A DNA stretch of 64,000 nucleotides, taken from contig JAUVXW010000016.1 of assembly GCA_030603385.1 (NCBI GenBank), positions 1-64,000 of the forward strand. Direction: 5' to 3'. Shown one piece after another: positions 38,816 through 49,491 of the stretch. A program made the position numbers and the translations under genes. Origin of the DNA: Promethearchaeota archaeon (GTDB taxonomy: Archaea > Asgardarchaeota > Lokiarchaeia > Sigyniarchaeales > SOKP01). Position 1 is the first letter of the stretch. Each line of letters starts with the position of its first letter. The notes below the pieces were generated by a model. It saw nothing but the letters and a program-made list of their open reading frames with translations, had not been told where the DNA came from and did no database searches.

Positions 38816-40687
38816 ATTTACGGATATATGGGTAAAATTTTAAGAATTGATTTATCTAGTGGACAAATTACTGAAGAATTTCCTGATGAAGAAACATTAA
38901 AAATGTATTTAGGAGGATCAGGCTTAGCTACAAAATATTTAATTGATGAAACATCAAAAGGAATCGATCCATTAGGACCGGAAAATAAACTGATCTTTAT
39001 GACTGGACCATTAACTGGAACTCCATCACCTAGTACAGGAAGGTATAGCGTAGTTGCAAAATCACCACTTACAGGTGTCTGGGGACAGGCGAATTCTGCT
39101 GGTTTTTGGGGTCGAGATTTAAAAAGATCTGGCTTCGATGGGGTAATTTTTGAGAATATTTCCCCCAAACCAGTATATCTTGTCACTGAAGATGGGAAAG
39201 CAGAACTCAGAGATGCATCGCACCTCTGGGGTAAAAATACTTCAGAAACAACAAGGATAATAAGAGAAGAATTAGGTGAAAAATTCAATGTGTCTTGTAT
39301 TGGTATTGGAGGAGAAAATTTAGTCAAATATGCAGCTATTATGAATGATTGTGATAAACCGAATTATGGAAGAGCTGCTGGAAGATGCGGGATGGGTACG
39401 GTTATGGGATCCAAGAAAGTTAAAGCAATAGCATCTAAAGGTACTGCTAAGATTGAAGTAGCAAAACCAGAGGAATATAAGGCAGAAGCTAAACAAAGGT
39501 ATGATTGGGTAAATCAGAGTATGTTAAAAATGACCCTTGAAGTATTTGGAACTGCTACAATGGTAGATTTGGTGAACATTAAGGGTGGTTTGCCGACGAA
39601 GAATTGGCAAACCGGAGTTTTTCCTGCCGCAGATAAAATTAATGGTACAGCAATAAATGAAACAATTCTCACGGGGCGTAAACCATGTTTTGCTTGTCCA
39701 GTAGCTTGTGGACGTATTGCAGAAATTAAAGAGGGAAAATATAAAAGCGCAGGTGAAGGTCCTGAATATGAATCACTTGGAGCACTTGGAACAATGTGCG
39801 GAGTTGATAATTTAGAAGCAATCACTTTGGCACATTTTCTTTGTAATGAATATGGTCTCGACGTTATATCTGCAGGCAATACAATTGGATTTGCTATGGA
39901 GTGTTATGAGAAAGGGATATTAACTAATGAAGACACCGGTGGTCTTGAATTTAATTTCGGTAACGCAGATCTCGTTATAGATCTTATTGCTAAAATAAGT
40001 AAAAGAGAAGGAATTGGGGATTTACTTGCTGAAGGAACAAGAAAGATGGCAGAAAAATTAGGGAAGGATTCTCACAAATTCGCTATGCATGTTAAAGGGT
40101 TAGAACTTCCTGCTTATGATAGTCGGGCCGCGAAAATTACTGGATTAGCTTATGCTACGGCAAATCGAGGTGGGTGTCATATAACAGGTTATATTGAAGG
40201 ACCAGCATTCTTATCAATGCCTTTTATGATTGTAGAAGATGCCATGGTTGGGGATGTTCTTTCAGAAAATCCGGAAGATACTAAGATTGTTAAAGATTTC
40301 GAAGATGCGTTTGGTTTATTTGATGCTATTGGAGGTTGTAAATTTATGGGTATGGTTTTAACTTCAGAGGATTGGGCAGCACTCATAGAAAAACTTTTAG
40401 GTTATGATTTTTCTAAAGAAGATTTTGCTAAAATGGGTGAAAGGCTATATAATTTAGCTAGAATTTATAATATAAGAGAAGGAGTCACTAGAGCTGATGA
40501 TACGCTTCCACCACGGTTGTTAGAGGAACCTATGCCTGATGGCCCAGCTAAGGGAGAAACTGTAAACTTAGATCCTTTATTGGATGCATATTATGAATAT
40601 CGTGGATGGGATAAAGAGACGGGGAAACCAACTAAGGAGAAATTAAAAGAACTAGGGTTGGAATGGGCGATTAATGAGATATACTAA
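38816..40687 (+). CDS. aor: Tungsten aldehyde:ferredoxin oxidoreductase
   Basis: KSPLTG, GRCGMGTVMGSK, CFACPVAC, GPEYE, NRGGCH, DDTLP; start ATT 38816 or ATG 38828. Confidence 0.95.
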   Translation: MYGYMGKILRIDLSSGQITEEFPDEETLKMYLGGSGLATKYLIDETSKGIDPLGPENKLIFMTGPLTGTPSPSTGRYSVVAKSPLTGVWGQANSAGFWGRDLKRSGFDGVIFENISPKPVYLVTEDGKAELRDASHLWGKNTSETTRIIREELGEKFNVSCIGIGGENLVKYAAIMNDCDKPNYGRAAGRCGMGTVMGSKKVKAIASKGTAKIEVAKPEEYKAEAKQRYDWVNQSMLKMTLEVFGTATMVDLVNIKGGLPTKNWQTGVFPAADKINGTAINETILTGRKPCFACPVACGRIAEIKEGKYKSAGEGPEYESLGALGTMCGVDNLEAITLAHFLCNEYGLDVISAGNTIGFAMECYEKGILTNEDTGGLEFNFGNADLVIDLIAKISKREGIGDLLAEGTRKMAEKLGKDSHKFAMHVKGLELPAYDSRAAKITGLAYATANRGGCHITGYIEGPAFLSMPFMIVEDAMVGDVLSENPEDTKIVKDFEDAFGLFDAIGGCKFMGMVLTSEDWAALIEKLLGYDFSKEDFAKMGERLYNLARIYNIREGVTRADDTLPPRLLEEPMPDGPAKGETVNLDPLLDAYYEYRGWDKETGKPTKEKLKELGLEWAINEIY

Positions 40688-40717
40688 GTAAAACTTCCAG
40701 CTTTCTATTAAAAAAAG

Positions 40718-42439
40718 GTGAAAATGATGGGTGAAGAAAAGAAACTAACTTATGCAGATAAACCATGGCTAAAATCTTATTCTGTAGGACCTTTTAAACT
40801 CAAACATACTATGGAACCGTACCCTAAAATGAATGTTTACAAGTTTCTTGAAGATAGCGCAACAAATTTCCCGGATAATATTGCATGCGTTTATTTAGAT
40901 GATGAGATTACCTATAAAGATTTAAAATTAAAGGTTGATAAGTTAGCAAATGCTTTTATTGATTTGGGTTTGAAAAAGGGAGACACCGTAGCATCAGTCC
41001 TTCCATCATGTCTTGAGTTCATTTTAGTAGATTATGCTGCAATGAAAATGGCTGCAATACATGTGCCTTTAAGTATTTTACATAAAACTGATGATTTAGT
41101 ACATGAGTTAAAAGAAAGTAATGCTAAAACGGTAGTATGTTCGTACAGGCGCCTTGAACGCATCTATGAAGTAAAAAATGAAGTCGAAATTGAAACTGTT
41201 ATTTATACTCCAACAAAATTATTTCCTGATTACAAGCTCCCTGAAATGAAGGATATATCAGAAGAAGGTTATTATTCTTTAGATGATTTATTAGAGAAAT
41301 ATGATCCACTCGAAAAAGCAATTGAAATAGATCCTGTGGAAGATATAGCTCTTCTACCTTTTACTGGTGGCACAACAGGACTTCCAAAGGGGACAATGAT
41401 AACTCATTATAACATTACAACTAATGTACTTCAATTAATGCATTGGATGTTGGATCCTATAAAACTCGGGGTAATTGGGAAAGCAGCTATAGTAATTTGC
41501 GTTCCTATTTTTCATGCGTATGGACATTTTACAATACATTCTTGTATTTCGATGGGATTAAAAATGTTATTAATGGATCCAAGAGATATGGTAAGGATTG
41601 CTGAAGTTATAAAAAAGATTCGCCCCTTTATGGTGATTGGTGTTCCTGCTCATTATATGAGGTTTATAGATTTAGATCTTCCTAAGGCGCCCATTTTCTA
41701 CTTATCTGGAGCTGCACCAATGCCCCCTGATCTTGCTGACCAATTTGAACAAAAAACAGGCGTTCCGATGGCTGAAGGGTATGGAGCGACAGAAACATGT
41801 GCCGCTTCAACTGTTAATATTTCACCACTATCTAAGATTACAGGATTTATGGCTTCGAAGAAAAATGGTGTTGGTGTACCTTTACCAGACACAGAAGTAA
41901 AAATTGTTGATCCAGAAACAAGAGAGGAAACGCCTTTTGGTGAATCCGGTGAGATATGGATCCGTGGACCACAGATAATGAAAGGATATTGGCCAACACC
42001 AGGTAGTGGTTTAACTGATGATGGATGGCTTCCTATGGGTGATATAGGAAGAATGGATGAAGATGGTTATTTCTACATTGAAGATCGTATCAAAGATATG
42101 ATTAATGTATCAGGAAATAAAGTTTATTCAAGATTGATTGATGATATTTTACATGAACATCCCGCAGTAAGCGTAGCAGGTGTAATAGGAGTTCCTGATC
42201 CAGAACGACCTGGTAGTGAAAGAGTTAAGGCGTTTATAACGCTAAATAGAGAATCTGAGGGAAAAGTTACTGAACAGGATATAATCAACTACTTAAAGGA
42301 TAAAGTTAAACCTTATGCTGTTCCTAAGTATGTGGAGTTTAGGAATGATTTACCTTTGACATTGGCAATGAAACTCTTTAAACGGAAACTCAGAAACGAA
42401 GAAATTGCTAAAATGAAAGAAAGAGGAGAAATCAAGTAG
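40718..42439 (+). CDS. Long-chain fatty acid--CoA ligase (AMP-forming)
   Basis: FTGGTTGLPKG, EGYGATE, GDIG..DEDGYF, DRIKDMI; start probably ATG 40724/40727. Confidence 0.9.
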   Translation: MKMMGEEKKLTYADKPWLKSYSVGPFKLKHTMEPYPKMNVYKFLEDSATNFPDNIACVYLDDEITYKDLKLKVDKLANAFIDLGLKKGDTVASVLPSCLEFILVDYAAMKMAAIHVPLSILHKTDDLVHELKESNAKTVVCSYRRLERIYEVKNEVEIETVIYTPTKLFPDYKLPEMKDISEEGYYSLDDLLEKYDPLEKAIEIDPVEDIALLPFTGGTTGLPKGTMITHYNITTNVLQLMHWMLDPIKLGVIGKAAIVICVPIFHAYGHFTIHSCISMGLKMLLMDPRDMVRIAEVIKKIRPFMVIGVPAHYMRFIDLDLPKAPIFYLSGAAPMPPDLADQFEQKTGVPMAEGYGATETCAASTVNISPLSKITGFMASKKNGVGVPLPDTEVKIVDPETREETPFGESGEIWIRGPQIMKGYWPTPGSGLTDDGWLPMGDIGRMDEDGYFYIEDRIKDMINVSGNKVYSRLIDDILHEHPAVSVAGVIGVPDPERPGSERVKAFITLNRESEGKVTEQDIINYLKDKVKPYAVPKYVEFRNDLPLTLAMKLFKRKLRNEEIAKMKERGEIK

Positions 42440-42589
42440 TAACTATTGAAATATATGAAATTTACTAATTTGAAAATATTTTTTATATTTTTTTTTAATA
42501 AAAACTAGAATATTTATAACACTCTTTATTAAATAAAATATACAAATAAATAACCTATTTAAAAATTAAGCGAAATTTACTTATTTTGA

Positions 42590-43021
42590 GTGATAATTAT
42601 GAAATTTGGAACTCCGGAATGGGCAAATGCCTATTGCAAAGCTATTAATGAAAACGAAAACTATAGAGATGCTGCCGACGAAAATGGTTTTCCTCCTAAT
42701 GGCTGGGAGGGTGATTTTCTCTTTGTCATAGACCCTTCAGGGAATTTAGATCATGAGATTAGGATGTTTGTAGGACTTTATCATGGTGAATGTACAGGAG
42801 CAAGAATATTAGATGAAGGAGAAGAAGTAGACGCGGAATTTGAATACTCAGGATCATATGACTCATGGGTGCAAGTCTTAAAAAAAGAATTAGATCCAAT
42901 ACGTGGTTTGCTCGCAGGTAAATTTAAACTAAAAGGCGATATGGCTAAAGTTTTAAGAGCTACAAGAGCAGCACAGGAACTTGTTGTTTCCACCACAATG
43001 ATTGAGACTGAATTTTACTGA
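42590..43021 (+). CDS. SCP2 sterol/lipid-binding domain protein
   Basis: FGTPEW..INEN..Y, LDPIRGLLAGKFKLKGD; start probably ATG 42599. Confidence 0.85.
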   Translation: MIIMKFGTPEWANAYCKAINENENYRDAADENGFPPNGWEGDFLFVIDPSGNLDHEIRMFVGLYHGECTGARILDEGEEVDAEFEYSGSYDSWVQVLKKELDPIRGLLAGKFKLKGDMAKVLRATRAAQELVVSTTMIETEFY

Positions 43022-43088
43022 AATAAAGAAAATTTATTTAATCTTTTTTCCTTTTTTATCATATCTTAAATACTCTTTTTAATTTGAA

Positions 43089-43898
43089 ATGGATAACTAC
43101 AAAAGCAACATCTTTGAATTAACGAAAAAACAAGTTTTCTTTTTTGACTTAGATGGAACCATATATTTAGGAAAAAAATTATTTAAAGGTGTTCCGGAAT
43201 TAATTACATCATTAAAGAAAAATGATAAGTACTTCTTTTTCCTCTCAAACAATTCAAGTTTATCAACAAGTGATTATCTTAAAAAATTAAATGCTTTTAA
43301 TCTAAATATTACTCGTAACCATCTTATTTTATCACAACATCCAACATTAGATTACCTAAAGAAAAATAGATTTAGAAAACTATTTTTAATGGGTACTCAA
43401 TCACTCAAAAAAGAATTTGAACGAGAAGGGTTTAAATTAACTGAAGACGATCCTGAAATTATTGTTCTTGCATTTGATAAAGAATTAACCTATGAACGGC
43501 TAGCAAAAGTAACCCAATTTCTTTTAAAAAAGGATTTTCCTTATATTGCTACTCATCTTGACAATAGATGCCCTACTGAGAAGGGATATATTCCAGATGC
43601 TGGTGGCATAGCGGCTTTATTACATAAAGCAGTAGAAAGGATGCCAAGAGTTTTTGGGAAACCAGATAAAGAAATGCTTTTGTTTAAATTAAATGAATTA
43701 GAGATCTCAACTAAAGATGCTGTAATATTTGGTGACAGGCTTTATACAGATATTAAAATGGGTAAAAATGCTGGAGTGTCGACTTGTTTGTGTCTTTCAG
43801 GGGAATCAACTTTAGATATGATAAAAAATGGTGAATATAAACCCGATTTCATTATAAATGGAATTTGGGAGCTTTTAAATGAATTTAATAAAATTTAA
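43089..43898 (+). CDS. HAD-IIA (NagD-like) phosphatase
   Basis: FDLDGTIY, LSNNS, GKP, GDRLYTDI. Confidence 0.92.
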   Translation: MDNYKSNIFELTKKQVFFFDLDGTIYLGKKLFKGVPELITSLKKNDKYFFFLSNNSSLSTSDYLKKLNAFNLNITRNHLILSQHPTLDYLKKNRFRKLFLMGTQSLKKEFEREGFKLTEDDPEIIVLAFDKELTYERLAKVTQFLLKKDFPYIATHLDNRCPTEKGYIPDAGGIAALLHKAVERMPRVFGKPDKEMLLFKLNELEISTKDAVIFGDRLYTDIKMGKNAGVSTCLCLSGESTLDMIKNGEYKPDFIINGIWELLNEFNKI

Positions 43899-44052
43899 TT
43901 GACTAGCTTTAATTTAAAATTTCAATTTTAGTAAGATTTTTTTCATTATTGTAATTACTATATATTGTAAGTTATTATCATAAAAAATAAAAATATGAAA
44001 TTCTGTTTTTAATTTGTTAAATCTTGATGATTAAAGAGATTGGTATAAAAAA

Positions 44053-46746
44053 ATGACAACTAGTGAAAAAAATAAATTTATTTATGACTTCACCGAAGGA
44101 AATAAAGATTTAAAGAATTTGCTTGGAGGAAAAGGTGCAAATCTGGCCGAAATGACAAAACTAGGTCTAAATATTCCACCTGGTTTTACTATTACCACTG
44201 AAGCTTGCCTAATTTATTTTCGTGAACCTGAAAAAGTCATGAAAGAATTAGAACCTAGCGTAATGAAGAATTTAAAAGCTCTGGAAGAAAGTTCAGGAAA
44301 AAAATTTGGTGACATGAAAAATCCTTTGTTAGTGAGTGTCCGAAGTGGTGCTCCAATGTCCATGCCAGGGATGATGGATACTGTTTTGAATCTTGGTTTA
44401 AATAATCAAAGTGTTTTAGGTTTAGCTGAACAAACTGAAAATCCCCGCTTTGCATATGATTCATATCGTAGATTTATCCAAATGTTTGGTGACGTTGTAA
44501 TGGCTATTGGAGCTGAAAAATTCGAGAGAATTTTGACGAAATATAAAAGATTAATAGGAAGAGATGCTCAAGATACAGATTTAAAAGTTACTGATCTACA
44601 AAAAATAATAGCTGATTATAAGGCATTATATGAAAAAGAAATTGGCTCAGCATTTCCTCAAGATCCACTTAAACAATTATTTCTTGCAATAGATGCCGTA
44701 TTTAAATCTTGGAATAATAGACGAGCTATTACATATAGAAGAATCAATAATATTCCTAATTTTGGTACTGCTGTAAACATTCAAGTAATGGTGTTTGGCA
44801 ATAAAGGAGAAAATTCTGCTACAGGTGTCGTGTTTACGAGAGATCCATCAACTGGGGAGAATAAAAAGTTCGGTGAATATTTAACTAATGCTCAAGGAGA
44901 GGATGTTGTTGCTGGTATTCGAACTCCAAAAAAATTAGAAGTTATGGAAGAAGAATTCCCAACAATATATACTCAATTATTGGACACAATGGATAGATTG
45001 GAAAAGCATTATAGAGACATGCAAGATATTGAATTTACAATTGAGGATGGAAAATTAAATATTTTACAGACCCGAAATGGTAAGCGTACTCCTTCAGCAG
45101 CTGTGAAAATTGCTGTTGATATGGTTAAAGAAGGATTAATTACAAAAGAAGAAGCAATCATGAGTCTGGATCCTAATAAAGTTTCAAAATTATTATTTAA
45201 AAGTATAGATGAGAGTGCTATTGTCCATGTTTTGGCTCATAGTATTAATGCTTCCCCTGGTGCTGTTTCTGGAATAGCTATTTTTGATCCTGATACTGCA
45301 GAGGAATTAGCAAACCAAGGAGAAAATGAAATCATACTTTGTCGACCACAGACAAAACCTGAAGATGTCCATGGATTATATGCATCTAGTGGTGTTTTAA
45401 CACAATTTGGTGGAAAAACGTCTCATGCTGCTGTCGTTGCCAGAGGTATGGGTAAACCTGCAATTGTAGGGGCTTCAGATATAGAAATCGATGAAGAAAA
45501 CAAAGAATTCAGGGTTGGAGAAATGGTTATTCATGAAGGAGACTACATAACTATTGATGGAACTACTGGAAAAGTCATAGAAGGGATAGTTCCATTAATT
45601 GAACCTGAAATTAAGGATGAATTTTTAGAATTATTACAAATAGCAGATGAAATTAAAACTCTCGGTGTTAGAGCTAATGCAGATACACCTCTTGATGCTC
45701 TAAAGGCTTTAGAATTCGGTGCCGAGGGAATTGGGCTTTGCAGGACAGAACATATGTTTATGGCACAAGATCGCTTGCCCACAGTTCAAAATATGATATT
45801 AGCAAGGACCAAAGAAGTACGGCAAGATGCTCTAAATAAAATTTTACCTTGGCAAAAACAGGATTTTTATGAAATTTTCAAAATAATGGAAGGAAGACCA
45901 GTAACAATCAGATTATTAGATCCACCTTTACATGAGTTTCTACCTGAATTATCACTAGTTCAATTGGAAAGACAAGAACTCAAAATGACTAATGCCTTAT
46001 CAAAATCTTTATTAAACACAAGCCCCTTAGACGAAGAAATTAAGAAAAAGAATAAAGTTATTAGCCTAATTAGATCACTCTCTGAGGAGAATCCCATGAT
46101 GGGCTTAAGAGGTTGTAGATTGGGAATTGTATGGCCTGAGATCAATGAAATGCAAGTTAAGGCAATATTTCAAGCCGCCTGCGAACTCAAACTACAAGGA
46201 ATCAATGTAATGCCTGAGGTTATGATCCCTCTTGTAGGAATGCTCTCTGAATTGCAATACGTGAAAGCACAATTAATGCAGGTCGCATTAGAAACTATTA
46301 ATGAATATGATGTAGAACTTGATTATAAATTTGGGACTATGATTGAAATCCCAAGAGCGGCTTTAACGGCTGACGAAATTGCTATTGAGGCAGAATTTTT
46401 CTCATTTGGTACTAATGACTTAACACAGATGACTTATGGTTTTTCTCGCGATGATGCAGAAGGAAAGTTCTTACCCGTATATTTGAATAAGGAGATATTA
46501 GAAGATAATCCATTTGAGATTTTAGATCAAGAAGGAGTGGGACAATTAATGAAGATGGCAATTAAACTTGGGAAGAAGGCTCGGCCAGATTTAAAAACCG
46601 GAATATGTGGTGAACATGGAGGAGAGCCAAGCTCAATAAAATTCTCTCATGATATAGGATTGGATTATGTTTCTTGCTCCCCATTTAGAATTCCAGTTGC
46701 TCGGATTGCCGCTGCTCAAGCAGTTATTGAAAATAAGAAAGAATAG
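44053..46746 (+). CDS. ppdK: Pyruvate, phosphate dikinase
   Basis: LLGGKGANL, SMPGMMDT, GKTSHAAVVAR (phospho-His), GLCRTEHM, GICGEHGG. Confidence 0.98.
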   Translation: MTTSEKNKFIYDFTEGNKDLKNLLGGKGANLAEMTKLGLNIPPGFTITTEACLIYFREPEKVMKELEPSVMKNLKALEESSGKKFGDMKNPLLVSVRSGAPMSMPGMMDTVLNLGLNNQSVLGLAEQTENPRFAYDSYRRFIQMFGDVVMAIGAEKFERILTKYKRLIGRDAQDTDLKVTDLQKIIADYKALYEKEIGSAFPQDPLKQLFLAIDAVFKSWNNRRAITYRRINNIPNFGTAVNIQVMVFGNKGENSATGVVFTRDPSTGENKKFGEYLTNAQGEDVVAGIRTPKKLEVMEEEFPTIYTQLLDTMDRLEKHYRDMQDIEFTIEDGKLNILQTRNGKRTPSAAVKIAVDMVKEGLITKEEAIMSLDPNKVSKLLFKSIDESAIVHVLAHSINASPGAVSGIAIFDPDTAEELANQGENEIILCRPQTKPEDVHGLYASSGVLTQFGGKTSHAAVVARGMGKPAIVGASDIEIDEENKEFRVGEMVIHEGDYITIDGTTGKVIEGIVPLIEPEIKDEFLELLQIADEIKTLGVRANADTPLDALKALEFGAEGIGLCRTEHMFMAQDRLPTVQNMILARTKEVRQDALNKILPWQKQDFYEIFKIMEGRPVTIRLLDPPLHEFLPELSLVQLERQELKMTNALSKSLLNTSPLDEEIKKKNKVISLIRSLSEENPMMGLRGCRLGIVWPEINEMQVKAIFQAACELKLQGINVMPEVMIPLVGMLSELQYVKAQLMQVALETINEYDVELDYKFGTMIEIPRAALTADEIAIEAEFFSFGTNDLTQMTYGFSRDDAEGKFLPVYLNKEILEDNPFEILDQEGVGQLMKMAIKLGKKARPDLKTGICGEHGGEPSSIKFSHDIGLDYVSCSPFRIPVARIAAAQAVIENKKE

Positions 46747-46868
46747 TTTCTTGTTTATTCTATTTCTTTTTAATATAAAGTTAAATAAGAATAATCTTAT
46801 ACTAAAACGTTGTATACTGTAAAATTCGAAAAAGTTTTATCGAATTATTTATTTACTAATTTATAAAA

Positions 46869-47990
46869 TTGTTAGGTAAAGACTATATGCCTCTAACTTT
46901 AGATGAAAAAATTTCTTTATTAAAGGAAGTTGGAGAAGAAATTATTGATTTAGATGAATTAAGAGATTTAATTCAATGGAAGGCTGATCATAATGAAGAA
47001 ATTTATGCTTATGATGGATTTGAACCTTCTGGGATATTACATATTGCTCAAGGACTTTTAAGAGCTATTAATGTTAATAAAATCACAAAAGCAGGAATTA
47101 AATTCAAATTTTTAGTTGCTGATTGGCATGCTGCTGCGAATCTAAAATTTGGTGGAGATTTAGAAGTTATTAAAAAAATAGGAGACTTTTTAATCGAAAC
47201 ATGGAAAGTTTGCAACATGGATTTAAGCAATGTTGAATTTATTTATGCTTCAGATTTAGTTAAAGAACCACCATACTGGCAACTAGTATTGAAGATAGCT
47301 ATTAATAGTTCTTTAAATAGAGTTAAACGATGTACTCAAATAATGGGGAGAAGTGAGTCAGAGCAACTTGCTGCTTCCCAAATTTTATACCCTTTAATGC
47401 AAGCAGCAGATATATTTTATCTTCCTACAGATATATGCCAACTAGGAATGGATCAACGAAAAGTAAATATGTTGGCAAGAGAAGTTGCTAAAAAGATAAA
47501 TAGACCAAAACCAGTAGCAATTCATCATCATATGTTAATGGGTTTATATAAACCGCCTTCAACAAACTTAGAAGGAGTAGATAGGACGATAGAGATCAAA
47601 ATGTCAAAATCAGACCCAGATTCTGCAATTTTTATGTTAGATTCTCCACATGATGTGAAACGTAAAATAAATAAGGCATATTGTCCTCAAAAACAAATCA
47701 TTGAAAATCCTGTTTTAGAATATTGTAAATATATTATATTTGAACTTATCGATGTCTTTAAAGTAAAGAGACCTGAAAAATATGGTGGTAATATTGAATA
47801 TTCCTCCTATGAGGAGCTAGAAATAGATTACCAGAAAGGGAAGTTGAATCCACCTGATTTGAAACCAGCAGTTATAAAATATTTAAATCAATTTCTAGCA
47901 CCTGTAATAGAACATTTTGAAAAAGATGTAAATGCCCATAAATTATATGAATTTGTTCAAGCAGAATCTAAAAAATATAAAGCTAACTAA
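46869..47990 (+). CDS. tyrS: Tyrosine--tRNA ligase (archaeal/eukaryotic type)
   Basis: YDGFEPSG.LHIAQG, YPLMQAADI, GMDQRK, KMSKS; start probably ATG 46887. Confidence 0.96.
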   Translation: MLGKDYMPLTLDEKISLLKEVGEEIIDLDELRDLIQWKADHNEEIYAYDGFEPSGILHIAQGLLRAINVNKITKAGIKFKFLVADWHAAANLKFGGDLEVIKKIGDFLIETWKVCNMDLSNVEFIYASDLVKEPPYWQLVLKIAINSSLNRVKRCTQIMGRSESEQLAASQILYPLMQAADIFYLPTDICQLGMDQRKVNMLAREVAKKINRPKPVAIHHHMLMGLYKPPSTNLEGVDRTIEIKMSKSDPDSAIFMLDSPHDVKRKINKAYCPQKQIIENPVLEYCKYIIFELIDVFKVKRPEKYGGNIEYSSYEELEIDYQKGKLNPPDLKPAVIKYLNQFLAPVIEHFEKDVNAHKLYEFVQAESKKYKAN

Positions 47991-48012
47991 AAATAAATAA
48001 AGGAGTATAGAA

Positions 48013-49479
48013 TTGTCAGGTAATCATGTAGTTGACATATTTTTGAATCCAAAATCAGTAGCAGTAATTGGAGCATCAAAGAACCCCATGAAAGGTGGGC
48101 ATCGTATTATAAATAATTTAATTGTCAACAATTATAAAGGAAAAATTTTTCCTGTAAATCCAAATTCAGACGGTGAAATATTCGGTTTAAAATTTAAGAA
48201 ATCGATATCAGAAATTGAAGAAGAAGTCGATTTAGCAATTTTTTATGTAGGTAACCATATTATTCCGGAAATATTAAGAGATTGTATCAAGAAACGTGTT
48301 AAAGCCGCACTAATTGAAACGTCAGGATTTGAAGAAGTGGGGGAAAAAGGACTTAAATTGAGAGATGAAATATTGAAAATAACGGATAATTTTTCTAAGA
48401 TACGGATTGTAGGTCCGAATTGTATGGGACTCACAAAGATTGATGGGGATAGTGATAGTGAAGAAAGAGGAGGCTTTTTTTCAGGTTTCGGTGTTTTTGA
48501 TAAATATCGACGAGGAAACATCGCAATTATAACTCAATCAGGGATGTTAAATGGAGGATATCTAATGAATCTAATGCGAAATTATCCTGAAGTAGGAATT
48601 AGATATTCATGTTCAATAGGTAATAAAATGGATTTAAGTGAAATAGAATTTTTGGAGTACTTTCTTGATGATCCTACAGTAAATGTTATAGTTTTATATC
48701 TTGAATCATTTAAAGATCCTCGGAAATTTATTGAATTATGTAAGAAAACGAAAAAAATTCCTAATAAAACGATTATATTATTAAAAGGGGGAACTACATC
48801 TTTAGGGCAAAAAGCTTCTTTAAGTCATACAGGTTCGCTAGCAGAAAGCAAAAAACTAATCAATGCTATAATTAGACAATCAGGTGTAATTCAAGCAGAA
48901 AGTTTGCACGATTTATTTCAATTCGCGAGAACATTTTCAATGATATATAAATCTGGAAAAAAATTACCTATATATGGTAAAGTATCTATGATGGCAGGAT
49001 CTGGTGGAGCTGGCACTATTTCTGCTGATCTAACAATGAAATATGGATTAACCTTTCCAATCATGGGAGAAAAGACATATCAGGTTCTGAAAGATCTCTA
49101 TCCTGAATGGATGCCTCCAAATCGATTCGCACTTCTAGATTTATGGCCAACATTTGAAAAAGCGATGATGAACAAGGTCAGTCAAAAAGATGTAATGACA
49201 AAGATTTGGAAGGCAGTATTAGATGATCCTAATATTGAGGGAGTCTTCAATATGATGTTCATATCAAAACGATTTAGTAATAGGTATGATGTTGAAGCAA
49301 TGACACAGTATAAAACAGATAAAATAATATTTATGTGGATGGTTGGTGATATTCACGGAGTTCAGCGTATGACAACATTATTTAATAAATTTAATATACC
49401 CACCTTTCCAACATTGGAAGAGATGATAAGAAATTTTTCGATATTAGTTCAAGAATCAAAAAATAAAAGCAAGAAGTAA
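48013..49479 (+). CDS. Acyl/acetate--CoA ligase (ADP-forming) alpha-subunit-like protein
   Basis: PKSVAVIGAS, GPNCMG, TQSG, SIGNKMD, SHTGSLA, SGGAG. Confidence 0.88.
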   Translation: MSGNHVVDIFLNPKSVAVIGASKNPMKGGHRIINNLIVNNYKGKIFPVNPNSDGEIFGLKFKKSISEIEEEVDLAIFYVGNHIIPEILRDCIKKRVKAALIETSGFEEVGEKGLKLRDEILKITDNFSKIRIVGPNCMGLTKIDGDSDSEERGGFFSGFGVFDKYRRGNIAIITQSGMLNGGYLMNLMRNYPEVGIRYSCSIGNKMDLSEIEFLEYFLDDPTVNVIVLYLESFKDPRKFIELCKKTKKIPNKTIILLKGGTTSLGQKASLSHTGSLAESKKLINAIIRQSGVIQAESLHDLFQFARTFSMIYKSGKKLPIYGKVSMMAGSGGAGTISADLTMKYGLTFPIMGEKTYQVLKDLYPEWMPPNRFALLDLWPTFEKAMMNKVSQKDVMTKIWKAVLDDPNIEGVFNMMFISKRFSNRYDVEAMTQYKTDKIIFMWMVGDIHGVQRMTTLFNKFNIPTFPTLEEMIRNFSILVQESKNKSKK

Positions 49480-49491
49480 ATCAGATATATC

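Noticed and set aside
38018-39879. Long antisense ORFs (38018..38548, 38818..39327, 39514..39879) and similar short ones within ileS, ppdK, LRR, hut genes and the integrase
   Set aside because: Shadow frames opposite well-supported genes; no motifs
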